Origin: Candidatus Latescibacterota bacterium | Lineage (GTDB): Bacteria > Latescibacterota > UBA2968 > UBA8231 | NCBI GenBank assembly: GCA_965243025.1 | Contig: CBDETY010000003.1 | Span: forward strand, 4,384,001-4,448,000 | Length of the DNA stretch: 64,000 bases | Direction: 5' to 3' | In this document: positions 36,280-45,277 of the stretch, one piece after another | Numbering within the stretch: position 1 is the stretch's first letter | How the letters are laid out: each line of letters opens with the position of its first letter | Made by a program: the position numbers and the translations under genes | The notes under the pieces: generated by a model | What the model was told of the DNA's origin: nothing | What the model saw: the letters and a program-made list of their open reading frames with translations, nothing else | Databases searched by the model: none

Positions 36280-36606
36280 GTACCTCTCAGTTCGTCGCGA
36301 GCTTCCGGGCGCCGGACGCAGCCCGCATTCCCTCGCAGTTTTGCCGCAGGCGAAACTGCCATCCCAGGCGCTTACGTACCCCTCAGTTCGTCGCGAGCTT
36401 CCGGGCGCCGGACGCAGCCCGCATTCCCTCGCAGTTTTGCCGCAGGCGAAACTGCCATCCCAGGCGCTTACGTACCCCTCAGTTCGTCGCGAGCTTCCGG
36501 GCGCCGCCGACAGGCCGGTGCACTGCGCAGTTTCGCCAAAGCGAAACTGCCATCCAAGGCGCTTACGTACCCCTCAGTTCGTCGCGAGCTTCCGGGCGCC
36601 GCCGAC
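36280..36606. repeat. ~3.4 tandem copies of a 95-96-bp unit containing the cstA 3' end and a hairpin
   Basis: GTACC(T/C)CTCAGTTCGTCGCGAGCTTCCGGGCGCCG at 36280, 36376, 36472, 36567; hairpin GCAGTTT(T/C)GC...GCGAAACTGC. Confidence 0.95.
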
Positions 36607-38304
36607 ATGGGTCCGGACGGCGATACCGATGACTCCCAGGGCGAGCACGAATAGCACGACCTCGGCGCCGACCAGCAGGTAGTTCCCCGCGGGGATGTGC
36701 CTCTGCATCAGCAGCACCAGCGAGTACAGGGTGGTCGCCATCATGAACGCCGCCGGAATCAGCGTGAACCACGGCAGGGTGCCGCGGTTCAGCAGCCAGG
36801 TGCTGACCACGATCAGGGCGAGCGCCGCCAGCAGCTGATTGCTGCTGCCGAACACCGGCCAGATCGCGGTGGCCGCGTTCGACCCGGCGAGGATCCACAT
36901 CAGCGCCACCGACAGCCCGGCGTTGAACCAGTACTTCTTCATGAACGCCGGCGGGTTCTCGAACAGCAGGTCCCACAGCTCCTCGAACAGGTAGCGGTTC
37001 AGGCGTACCGCCGAATCGAGGGTCGTCACCAGGAACCCCTCGAGCATCAGGATGCCGAACACCGTTCCCAGCGCCACCGGGATGAACCCGAGCCCGGTGT
37101 TGGCGAGCTTGCCGGCGGCCAGCGCGAACCCGAGCACCGGGTTGCTCTCGTTCCAGACGACGATCTTGTAGTCCTCGAAGCCGAGGGCGCTGCCGATCGC
37201 CAGCAGCACGAACAGCGCCAGGATGCACTCGAGGAGCATGCCGTCGAAGCCGATCCGCTTGGCGTCCTGCTCGCTGCTGCACTGCTTGCAGGTCGTGCCC
37301 GACGACACCAGGCAGTGAAATCCCGATATCGCCCCGCAGGCGATGGTCACGAACATCATCGGCCAGATCAGCCCGAGATGCTCGATCCCCTCGCTGAAGT
37401 TGAACGCGGGAAAGGTGACCGACAGGCCGCCGAAACCGCCGCTCAGCAGCGCGAAGAACATCAGCGCCATGCCGCCGTAGAGGATCTGCGAGTTGATGAA
37501 GTCGCGCGGCTGCAGGATCACCCAGACCGGGGCGCCGGCGGCGAACAGCACGTACACCGAGATGATCACCATCCACGTCTCGGGTGAGATCGCCAGCGGG
37601 TAGCTGAGGCCGACGAGGATCGACCCGGCGCACAGGCCCGCGCCGAGCAGGTAGGCGACGCCGGTGCGGATGCCGCGGCGGTAGAGCAGGTAGCCGAGGG
37701 CCGGGGCGAGGGCGGTGACGACGATGACGGAGGTCGAGGCGATGCCGCCGATGTGCCCCATGGCGACGCCGTCCTGCACCTCGGTGCGCAGCAGCGTCTG
37801 GGCGCTGTCGAGGCCGAGCTTCTCCAGCGGCCACAGCGACGCCAGCGCCTTCGCCGTCAGCTTGAGGAAGACGGCGGTGATCAGCACGATCATGACGATG
37901 GTGAACAGCAGGAAGAGCGTGAAGCCCGCCCGGCCCATCGACTTGTGGGCGATCTCCGCCATGGACTTGCCGCCCTCGCGCATGCTTGCGAACAGGGCCG
38001 TGAAGTCGTGCACGGCGCCGATGAAGATGCCCCCGAGAACGACCCACATCACCGCCGGCATGAACCCGTAGATCGCCGCCAGGGTAGGCCCGACGATCGG
38101 CCCGGCGCCGGCGATGCTGGAAAAGTGATGGGCGAAGACGACCGAGATGCGCGTCGGCACGTAGTCGCGGCCGTCGTTGATCTGCTGAGCCGGGGTCGGA
38201 TTCCCCGGGTCGACGCCGACCTTGCGGGCAACCCAGCCTCCGTAGTAGCGGCTGGCCAGGGCGAAGACGGCAAACCCGAGAATCACGATCGCTATGACGT
38301 TCAT
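36574..38304 (-). CDS. cstA: Carbon starvation protein A family transporter
   Basis: TPAQQINDGRDYVPT, HHFSSIAGAGPIVGP, TIACGAISGFH, TTLDSAVRL, IWPVFGSSNQLL. Confidence 0.93.
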   Translation of the reverse strand: MNVIAIVILGFAVFALASRYYGGWVARKVGVDPGNPTPAQQINDGRDYVPTRISVVFAHHFSSIAGAGPIVGPTLAAIYGFMPAVMWVVLGGIFIGAVHDFTALFASMREGGKSMAEIAHKSMGRAGFTLFLLFTIVMIVLITAVFLKLTAKALASLWPLEKLGLDSAQTLLRTEVQDGVAMGHIGGIASTSVIVVTALAPALGYLLYRRGIRTGVAYLLGAGLCAGSILVGLSYPLAISPETWMVIISVYVLFAAGAPVWVILQPRDFINSQILYGGMALMFFALLSGGFGGLSVTFPAFNFSEGIEHLGLIWPMMFVTIACGAISGFHCLVSSGTTCKQCSSEQDAKRIGFDGMLLECILALFVLLAIGSALGFEDYKIVVWNESNPVLGFALAAGKLANTGLGFIPVALGTVFGILMLEGFLVTTLDSAVRLNRYLFEELWDLLFENPPAFMKKYWFNAGLSVALMWILAGSNAATAIWPVFGSSNQLLAALALIVVSTWLLNRGTLPWFTLIPAAFMMATTLYSLVLLMQRHIPAGNYLLVGAEVVLFVLALGVIGIAVRTHVGGARKLATN

Positions 38305-38560
38305 GTTCTCCTCGTCTCGATGGAGCGGTGGAAATCGAGCCGCCTGGACAGCCCGTCGGAATGTCCGTCAGGGCGCCGGCCTCCAGAGCAACTCATCGAC
38401 GGGCAGGGGCGGAAGGCCCCTTCGCGGAAAAATCCGGCGCGCGCCCGAGGGGGGCAAGCAGCCCCGGACGATTGCACCGCCCCGCTATTGAAGCGAGTTT
38501 CACCCACCGCCGGACCTGCGCGGCTTGGGCCGTGCCAACCTTCAACCCCGGAAACACCAG

Positions 38561-39316
38561 ATGGCAAAGAAACGCGTGCTCGTCACCGGCGCCGCCGGCC
38601 GGGTCGGCACCGCCCTGTGGCGGTCCTGGGAAGCCGACGACCGCTACGAGCTGACCCTCACCGACGTCAGGGAGATCGAGGGGGCGCAGTCCCGCACCGC
38701 GATCGGCGAGCTGACCGACCCGGCCTTCGCCGCCGAGGTCTGCGCCGGTCAGGAGGCGGTAGTCGCCCTCGTCTACCTGAAAGCCGACAGAATCGGCGAG
38801 CCGGATGCCGGGATGTCCGACATCGCCATGAACATGCAGCTGTTCGAGATCGCCCACCGGGCCGGGGCCGGCAAGATCGTCTACGCCAGCTCCAACCACG
38901 CCACCGGGTGGAACGAGCGCCTCTCGGACCCGCCGGTCTTCTCCACTGCCGACCAGTTCAACCCGGACGGCTGGTACGGCGCCATGAAGGGGATGGCCGA
39001 GATCGCCGGCATGAACCTCGTCAACGTGTACGGCCGCCGCTTCATCAGCATCCGCATCGGAACCTTCACGGGGAAATCCGAACCGTCCGGCCTGCGCCTG
39101 TGCAGCACCCTGCTGGCCCCGGTCGACGCGGCGCAGCTGTTCGGCCTCGCCGTCGACTACGAGGGGGAGGAGAGGTTCCTCATCACCTACGGCACCTCGG
39201 AAAACGTCTGGGAAGGCCACACCGGCTTTCTCGACATCTCCGTCGCCAGGGAAGTGCTCGGGTACCGCCCGCAGGTCAACGTCCAGAGCCACCGCGGCCG
39301 CTTCGCCGCTAGCTGA
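38561..39316 (+). CDS. NAD-dependent epimerase/dehydratase family, uronate dehydrogenase-like
   Basis: LVTGAAGRVG, YASSNHA, PDGWYGAMK, SIRIG. Confidence 0.85.
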   Translation: MAKKRVLVTGAAGRVGTALWRSWEADDRYELTLTDVREIEGAQSRTAIGELTDPAFAAEVCAGQEAVVALVYLKADRIGEPDAGMSDIAMNMQLFEIAHRAGAGKIVYASSNHATGWNERLSDPPVFSTADQFNPDGWYGAMKGMAEIAGMNLVNVYGRRFISIRIGTFTGKSEPSGLRLCSTLLAPVDAAQLFGLAVDYEGEERFLITYGTSENVWEGHTGFLDISVAREVLGYRPQVNVQSHRGRFAAS

Positions 39317-39378
39317 CGGGTGGGAGCTGGAAACGGGATGGATCGCCACAAACCAGCGGCGGTGGACCTGCGGTCTGG

Positions 39379-41478
39379 ATGCGAAACAAGGAACCGCAGA
39401 TGAGAGAGCCGGGCCTGGGCATCGGCGGGCGATTGCGCGCGACCCGACCGGGACGGAAATCCCGCCACATCGTGGAGCGCGCTGTGCGTTCGGGGGCCAC
39501 GAGCGCGGTCATCCTCTGCCTTCTCGCCGGCGCCGGAGCCGCCAGGGAGCTGTTCGTGCTGCGCTGGACGCAGCCGTCCCAGCTGGCGGCCCTCGACACG
39601 GATCGGCTGGTCACCCGCTACATCGCCCCGGGCATCGCCGTGGTCGAGGCGGACTCGGCGGCGCTCCCGCATATCGCCGGGCTCGGCTTCGACATCGCCG
39701 CCTCCGGAACGGCCGGTGCCGGCGAAGCATGGTACCTCAGCGACCACCTGCACTACCCCCTGCCCCCGGGACAGGAGCTCCTCTACCTCGACCGCCGCGG
39801 CTGGGCGCTGTCGAAGATCGGGGAAGCCGACTTCCGCGGCGTTCACGACGAGCAGATCTTCCTCTACCCCTTGCCGGACCGGTTTGCGGTGGATGGATGG
39901 GTACCGGCCCCACGGCCCAAGCGGACTGCCCCTGCGGCCGCCGCCGGAGTCGAAGAGGCGATCGCCGAAGTCGACGTCGAGCGGCTCCGGGAAGACATCG
40001 AGCGCCTGTCGCTGATCGACCCTTCCCAGGGCAGCGTCGAGGGGAACCTCCACACCCGCTTCGCGCGCCGCCCCGAGACCTTCGAGTCGACCCGCTACAT
40101 CCGCGAGCAGCTCGCCGCCGTCCTCGGGGACGACGCCGTGCGCCTGCAGGAGTTCACGATCTCCGAGGGGGACAGCGTCATGTACAACGTCATCGGCGAC
40201 CTGTCCGGCGCCGACCCGGAGGCGGGGTACTACATCGTCTGCGCCCACTACGACGCCATCGGCACGCGTTCGCGCGACTGGGACTGGCGCACCGATCCGG
40301 CTCCCGGGGCCGACGACAACGCGACCGGCGTCGCCCTCGTCATCGAGTCGGCCCGGGTGCTCGCCGACCGGCAGTTCCCCTGGTCGATCCGCTTCATCGC
40401 CTGGTCCGGCGAGGAACTGGGGCTCTGGGGCAGCCGTCACTACGCCGCCGAGGCGCTTGCCGGGGACGAGCGCATCCTCGGGGTGCTCAACTTCGACATG
40501 ATCGGGTTCAACGATCTCCACGACCGCATCGAGCTGGTCTCCAATCCCGAGTCGCTCTGGCTCGTCGACCTGATGCGCTCGGCCAACGAGCGCTACGGCA
40601 TCGGCCTGCGCGTCGACCTGCTCGAGGACCGCTACGCCGGCCTCAGCGATCACGCTCCTTTCTGGGCGCGCGGGTACGACGCCATCCTCGGGATCGAGAA
40701 TTACCTGCCGACGGACTCGACGACCGCCGGGGTGCGCGGCGGCCTCTACCGTCTGAACACGCAGTACCACACCGTCCGCGACGTGCCGGACAGCGTCAAC
40801 TGGGAACTCGTAGCCGGCGTCACCCGTCTCACCGTGGCCACCCTGGCCCAGTTCGGGACCGGCGACAGCCTCCCGAACCTGATGGTTGCCGGCGGCGACC
40901 TGAAAGGGGACGCGGAAGACAACCTCCGGGTCCGCGTCGCCAACGTCGGCACGGCGCCGCTGGAGGGGGCCTTTCACCTCCGCGTATCCCGGTGCGCCGC
41001 CGATTCCACCGGCTGCCGGGTCGTTTTCGACGAACGGCGGCCGGGACCGCTCGCCGCCGGGGCCGTCGACGACGTCACCTTTCCCTGGCACCGCTTCGGC
41101 GAGATGGTGTTTCTCGTCGAGGTCGACCCGGAGGGGGAAATCGAGGAAGCGAGCGAGAGCGACAACAGGGCATTCCAGAACGTGCGCCTGATTCCCGCCG
41201 ACCGCATCGTCGTCTACCCGAACCCGTTCGCCCCGCAACAGGACCAGTACCTCGCTTTCAGCGGGGTGCCGCTGTTCGCGCGCGTGCAGATCGCCTCTCT
41301 CGACGGCGAGCTGCTCTGGACCGGGCGCGAAGAGGCCCAGAACGACCTCAGCAACGAGATCCGCTGGCGAGGCGTCAACGAAGCGGGGTTCATCGTCGGC
41401 AGCGGCGTCTACATCTACTCCATCCGCGACGAGGACGGCGAGCTGCTGCGCCGCGACAAGATCGCCGTCCTGCGCTGA
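39379..41478 (+). CDS. Secreted M28 peptidase with CARDB and FlgD-Ig-like C-terminal domains
   Basis: CAHYD, PGADDNATG, SGEELGLWGS, NFDMIG, SDHAPFW, YHT; VDPEGEIEEASESDN; YPNPF...SGVYIY; start uncertain. Confidence 0.85.
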   Translation: MRNKEPQMREPGLGIGGRLRATRPGRKSRHIVERAVRSGATSAVILCLLAGAGAARELFVLRWTQPSQLAALDTDRLVTRYIAPGIAVVEADSAALPHIAGLGFDIAASGTAGAGEAWYLSDHLHYPLPPGQELLYLDRRGWALSKIGEADFRGVHDEQIFLYPLPDRFAVDGWVPAPRPKRTAPAAAAGVEEAIAEVDVERLREDIERLSLIDPSQGSVEGNLHTRFARRPETFESTRYIREQLAAVLGDDAVRLQEFTISEGDSVMYNVIGDLSGADPEAGYYIVCAHYDAIGTRSRDWDWRTDPAPGADDNATGVALVIESARVLADRQFPWSIRFIAWSGEELGLWGSRHYAAEALAGDERILGVLNFDMIGFNDLHDRIELVSNPESLWLVDLMRSANERYGIGLRVDLLEDRYAGLSDHAPFWARGYDAILGIENYLPTDSTTAGVRGGLYRLNTQYHTVRDVPDSVNWELVAGVTRLTVATLAQFGTGDSLPNLMVAGGDLKGDAEDNLRVRVANVGTAPLEGAFHLRVSRCAADSTGCRVVFDERRPGPLAAGAVDDVTFPWHRFGEMVFLVEVDPEGEIEEASESDNRAFQNVRLIPADRIVVYPNPFAPQQDQYLAFSGVPLFARVQIASLDGELLWTGREEAQNDLSNEIRWRGVNEAGFIVGSGVYIYSIRDEDGELLRRDKIAVLR

Positions 41479-41500
41479 GCCGCCTGCCGAACTCCTGAAG

Positions 41501-43297
41501 TTGCGCCTTCTCTTTCCGCTGTCGATCGCCGCCCTCATCGCCGCTCCAGCCGCGGCCCCGGCGAATCCCCTCATTGCGGCCGCCCGCGAATCCGGCCTCC
41601 TCGATACCGAGACCGCCCTGCTCTACGAGCTCTACGAGGCCCTGGAGCCGGAGTCCCTTCCGCCGGAGTACCGCGATGAGAACCCCGGGCTCCGAGGCTG
41701 CGCCACCCCCCTGATCCTCGAGGCTCTGAAGGCCCGCGACGGGGGGAGCCACGAGTACGGCAGCGCCCTCGCCAAGGCCCTTGCCCGTCCCTCCCTTTCG
41801 CACCAGGTGCTGAGCCCGTCCGGGCGCTTCCGCATCCACTACGACGTCGAGGGGGAGCACGCCGTCGACCCCGCCGACGCGGACGGCAACGCCATCCCCG
41901 ACTACGTCGACGTGACCGCCGCCGTCATCGACAGCATGTGGCACCTCGAAATCGAGGTCCTCGGCTACGACCCGCCGCCGACGGACGGGGTCAGGGGAGG
42001 CGGAGACGAGCACGACATCTACATCGAGCAGATCCTCGGCGGCTACTACGGGTGGACCCAGCCCGAGGAAAGCGGCCCGAGGGGGCACTCCTACCTGCGC
42101 ATCGACAACAACTTCACCGAGCCGATATTCGGCCGCCCCAGCAGCTGCGACGGGGCCCGCGGCGCGCGCGAGCTGACCGCCCTGCGGGTCACCCTCGCGC
42201 ACGAGTTCTTCCACATGGTCCAGTTCGGCTACTACCAGGGGAGCGAGGGTTTCTGGTGGCAGGAGTCGTCGGCCACCTGGATGGAGGAGGTCGCCTACCC
42301 CGAGGCGGACGACTACCTGCAGTACCTGTGCGATTTCATCCGGTCGCCGGAGAGGTCGCTCGAGAGCCCGACCCCGGGCAGGCGCGTATACGGCTCGGCG
42401 ATCTTCTCCCACTTCCTCGACCAGCGCTACGGCCGCGAGGTGGTGCGGGAGATCTGGGAGGAGCACCGGGGCCGGGAAAACGTCTCCCTGAACAACTTCC
42501 ACCGCGTTCTCCAGCGCTTCGGCGACCGCGAACCCGGCGAGTCAGACCTCGGGGACTTCGGTCTCGGCGAGGCCGTCAACGAGTTCGCTACCTGGAACTA
42601 CTTCACCGGAGAGCGGCACCGGGAGGGGTTCTACGAGGAGGGCCACAAGTACCCGGCCATCGAGGTGAGTCCGCGCGAGGTCGGCAGAGAAACCCTGGAG
42701 GACAGCGGCCGCGTCGATCACCTCGCCAGCGCCTACCTGGCGCTGGAACCCCTCGATGAGGGAGGAGTTTCCATCTCCACCGATCTCGAAGGCCTGCGCT
42801 GGCGGCGCCGGCTGGCGCTGGTGTCGCCCGACAGCGTGGAGGTGCGGACGCTCGTCATCGGCAATCCTGTCGAGGAGGTGTTCGACTGGCATTTCTACAG
42901 TGCCGTCGTGCTCGTCGTCAGCAACACCTCCTTCACCGGAATCGGCTTCCCCTGGAGGGTATCGGCCGAGTACGGATCCGGCATGACCGGTGGGCGGCTG
43001 CCGGACGAGGTCGTCCTGGGAAACTGGTTTCCCAACCCCTTCCTCCCCGGCCGGATGCACTCGCAAACCCGGATCCGGTACATGCTCGACAGCGCCGGTT
43101 CCGGGGAGCTGGCGATCTTCAGTGCCGACGGGAGGCCGGTGCGCCGTCTCGACATGGAGAAGCGCCTGGCGCGGGAGTACGAGGTTGTGTGGGACGGCCG
43201 CAACGAAGCCGGTAACCTGGTCGGCTCGGGCCTCTACTACTACGTGCTCGACGCCGATGGAGGGAAACGCCGCGGCACCCTGGCGGTGGTGAGGTAG
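41501..43297 (+). CDS. Secreted MXAN_6640-like zinc metalloprotease with FlgD-Ig-like CTD
   Basis: Signal peptide; FRIHY, DADGNAIPDYV, TLAHEFFHMVQFGY, WWQESSATWME; PNPF...WDGRNEAG. Confidence 0.8.
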   Translation: MRLLFPLSIAALIAAPAAAPANPLIAAARESGLLDTETALLYELYEALEPESLPPEYRDENPGLRGCATPLILEALKARDGGSHEYGSALAKALARPSLSHQVLSPSGRFRIHYDVEGEHAVDPADADGNAIPDYVDVTAAVIDSMWHLEIEVLGYDPPPTDGVRGGGDEHDIYIEQILGGYYGWTQPEESGPRGHSYLRIDNNFTEPIFGRPSSCDGARGARELTALRVTLAHEFFHMVQFGYYQGSEGFWWQESSATWMEEVAYPEADDYLQYLCDFIRSPERSLESPTPGRRVYGSAIFSHFLDQRYGREVVREIWEEHRGRENVSLNNFHRVLQRFGDREPGESDLGDFGLGEAVNEFATWNYFTGERHREGFYEEGHKYPAIEVSPREVGRETLEDSGRVDHLASAYLALEPLDEGGVSISTDLEGLRWRRRLALVSPDSVEVRTLVIGNPVEEVFDWHFYSAVVLVVSNTSFTGIGFPWRVSAEYGSGMTGGRLPDEVVLGNWFPNPFLPGRMHSQTRIRYMLDSAGSGELAIFSADGRPVRRLDMEKRLAREYEVVWDGRNEAGNLVGSGLYYYVLDADGGKRRGTLAVVR

Positions 43298-43301
43298 CAG
43301 T

Positions 43302-44687
43302 CTACCGCTTCGGCGGCGGTCGGCTTTCGGCCATCCTCGAGGCCACCAGCCTGTCCTGTTCCCGCCGCAGCTTCAGGATCGACGACCGCTCGTTCAGTAG
43401 AACGTCGTCGTAAGAGATCGGCTCACCCGCGGCGACGCCCCGCGTCAGCTCGATCCCGCTGGCCAGACCGAGGGGAAGCAGCCTTTCGCGGCGCGCCGCC
43501 CCGGCCTTCTCGGTAACCCCGTTGACGGTGAACCCGCCGCCGCCGTCCAGCCTCTCCCCTTGCCTCAGGCCGCGCTTGGCCACGGCGATCACCTCGGCGG
43601 CCGGCACCTCGCGCGGCGCCCCGGTCGGCTTGCCGTAGAGGACGGCCGCGGCGATCGACATCGGCGCTTCCACCGCCACCAGGTGGTAGGGCCGGTAGAG
43701 CAGGAAGTTGCCGTCCCCGCCGGGCAGGCAGTCGTAGGCGGCCAGATCCTCGCGGATGAAGGGGTGGTCGGCCCGGATCACGGCGAACACCCCCATCAGC
43801 AGCGGGTTCGGCAGCATGGCGACGCCGTCGGCGGCGACGCTGTTGGCGAGCTCGACGACCCCGTGCCGGTGCAGCAGCCCGCCTTCCTCCTTCAGGCTGA
43901 ACAGGCGCGGGATGTCGGCGAGGTTGCAGGAGGGCTCGTGCATGCCGCGCACGTCCGGGGGCATTCCGGTCATGTTGGCCAGCGCCGTCATCTCGAGCTG
44001 CGCCTTGGTGCCGTCCCGGAACGAGTTGTACATCTTGAGGTTGATGTGGCGCCGCGACAGGGTCTCCTCGTCGAACCGGAATCGTTCCGCGGTCGAATCG
44101 GGGGTCCCCTCGCGGTCCCCCTTCCGGTAGATCGTCCCCCTGCCGGCCGCGACGATCTCGAAGCCGAGGGTGCGCGCCCACTCCAACAGGTGCATGATAC
44201 ACCCGGGCTGGTCGCCGTCGACCAGGGTGTACACCACCCCGGCCTCGTCCGCCCTCGCCTTGAGCAGGGTTCCGATGGTCACGTCGGTCTCGATGTTGAC
44301 CATCACGAGGTGCTTGCCGCCGTCGATGGCCGCGGCGGCGTTGGCCGCCCCTGCCTCGGGAATCCCGGTCGCCTCGACCACGACGTCGATCGAGGCGGCG
44401 CCGGTTATCAGCGATGCGTCTTCGGCGACCACCGGACGGCCCCGGCGAACCGCATCGTCGACCTGGTCGGCTGCCCGCGCCTCGGCGACCGCAGCGGCTT
44501 CGGTTCCGCAAGTAGCGTAGGCGTCCCGCGCCTGCTCCGGGCGCAGGTCGGCGACCGCGGCCGCCCTCATCCCGGGAACCTTGGACAGCTGCACCACGAG
44601 GCCGCTGCCGAACTTGCCGGCGCCGATGACGCCGACGCGGATCGGGTTCCCCTCCGCTTCCCGCTGTGCGAGCAGTTCGCTGAACAT
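43302..44687 (-). CDS. Homoserine dehydrogenase-like NAD(P)-binding oxidoreductase with C-terminal SAF domain
   Basis: VGVIGAGKFG, MVNIETD, DGDQPG, DGTK, YRPYHL, AVAKRGLRQGERLDGGGG. Confidence 0.85.
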   Translation of the reverse strand: MFSELLAQREAEGNPIRVGVIGAGKFGSGLVVQLSKVPGMRAAAVADLRPEQARDAYATCGTEAAAVAEARAADQVDDAVRRGRPVVAEDASLITGAASIDVVVEATGIPEAGAANAAAAIDGGKHLVMVNIETDVTIGTLLKARADEAGVVYTLVDGDQPGCIMHLLEWARTLGFEIVAAGRGTIYRKGDREGTPDSTAERFRFDEETLSRRHINLKMYNSFRDGTKAQLEMTALANMTGMPPDVRGMHEPSCNLADIPRLFSLKEEGGLLHRHGVVELANSVAADGVAMLPNPLLMGVFAVIRADHPFIREDLAAYDCLPGGDGNFLLYRPYHLVAVEAPMSIAAAVLYGKPTGAPREVPAAEVIAVAKRGLRQGERLDGGGGFTVNGVTEKAGAARRERLLPLGLASGIELTRGVAAGEPISYDDVLLNERSSILKLRREQDRLVASRMAESRPPPKR

Positions 44688-44838
44688 CACTGTCCTCCTG
44701 TTACTCCAGGTTATCGAACGTCACCATCCGCACACGTCCGGAGCCCGGTTTTGGAAAGGGTTTCTCCCTGGTGGCGGCGGCACCGCTTTTGCAGCGAATG
44801 CCCTTGCGTATATTCCACCCGATACCGCAGGGATTCCC

Positions 44839-45210
44839 ATGTCCGAGCAGACCGCCGAACTCACGACCCGCGACGTGCTTCTCCAGATCGACCGCCGACT
44901 GGAGCTGAGCGAGGGAGACGTGCGGCGCGTCGATGCCAAAATTGATGATGTCGAGGCCAGACTCACCGCCAGAATCGACGAGGTCGAGCACAGACTCACC
45001 GCCAGAATCGATGAGGTCGAGCACAGACTCACCGCCAGAATCGATGAGGTCGACAACAGGCTCAACGCGAGAATCGACGGACTCGAGGCGAAGATCGACT
45101 TGAAAATCGAGCTGCTCCGGAAAGAGACGAACACCCGCTTCTACTGGCTGATCGGCCTGATGTTCGCAACCTGGGTGTCGACCATGGGAACGATCCTGAT
45201 CAGGACCTGA
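44839..45210 (+). CDS. Small coiled-coil protein with 11-aa repeats and C-terminal TM anchor (DUF1640-like)
   Basis: LTARIDEVEHR x~4; C-terminal WLIGLMFATWVSTMGTILI. Confidence 0.8.
   Translation: MSEQTAELTTRDVLLQIDRRLELSEGDVRRVDAKIDDVEARLTARIDEVEHRLTARIDEVEHRLTARIDEVDNRLNARIDGLEAKIDLKIELLRKETNTRFYWLIGLMFATWVSTMGTILIRT
44941..45090 (+). repeat. 33-bp coding tandem repeat
   Basis: AGACTCACCGCCAGAATCGAYGAGGTCGAGCAC at 44959, 44992, 45025; degenerate at 45058. Confidence 0.9.
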
Positions 45211-45277
45211 GCAAGCTCACTTTGTCGCCGCACCGGAGTTTCCCCGAGCCGACCTGCGGTTCCGTCATCTCACCCTC

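Noticed and set aside
36280-36606. Possible CRISPR array
   Set aside because: The intervening segments are identical or homologous, the repeat is the cstA 3' end, and there are no cas genes.
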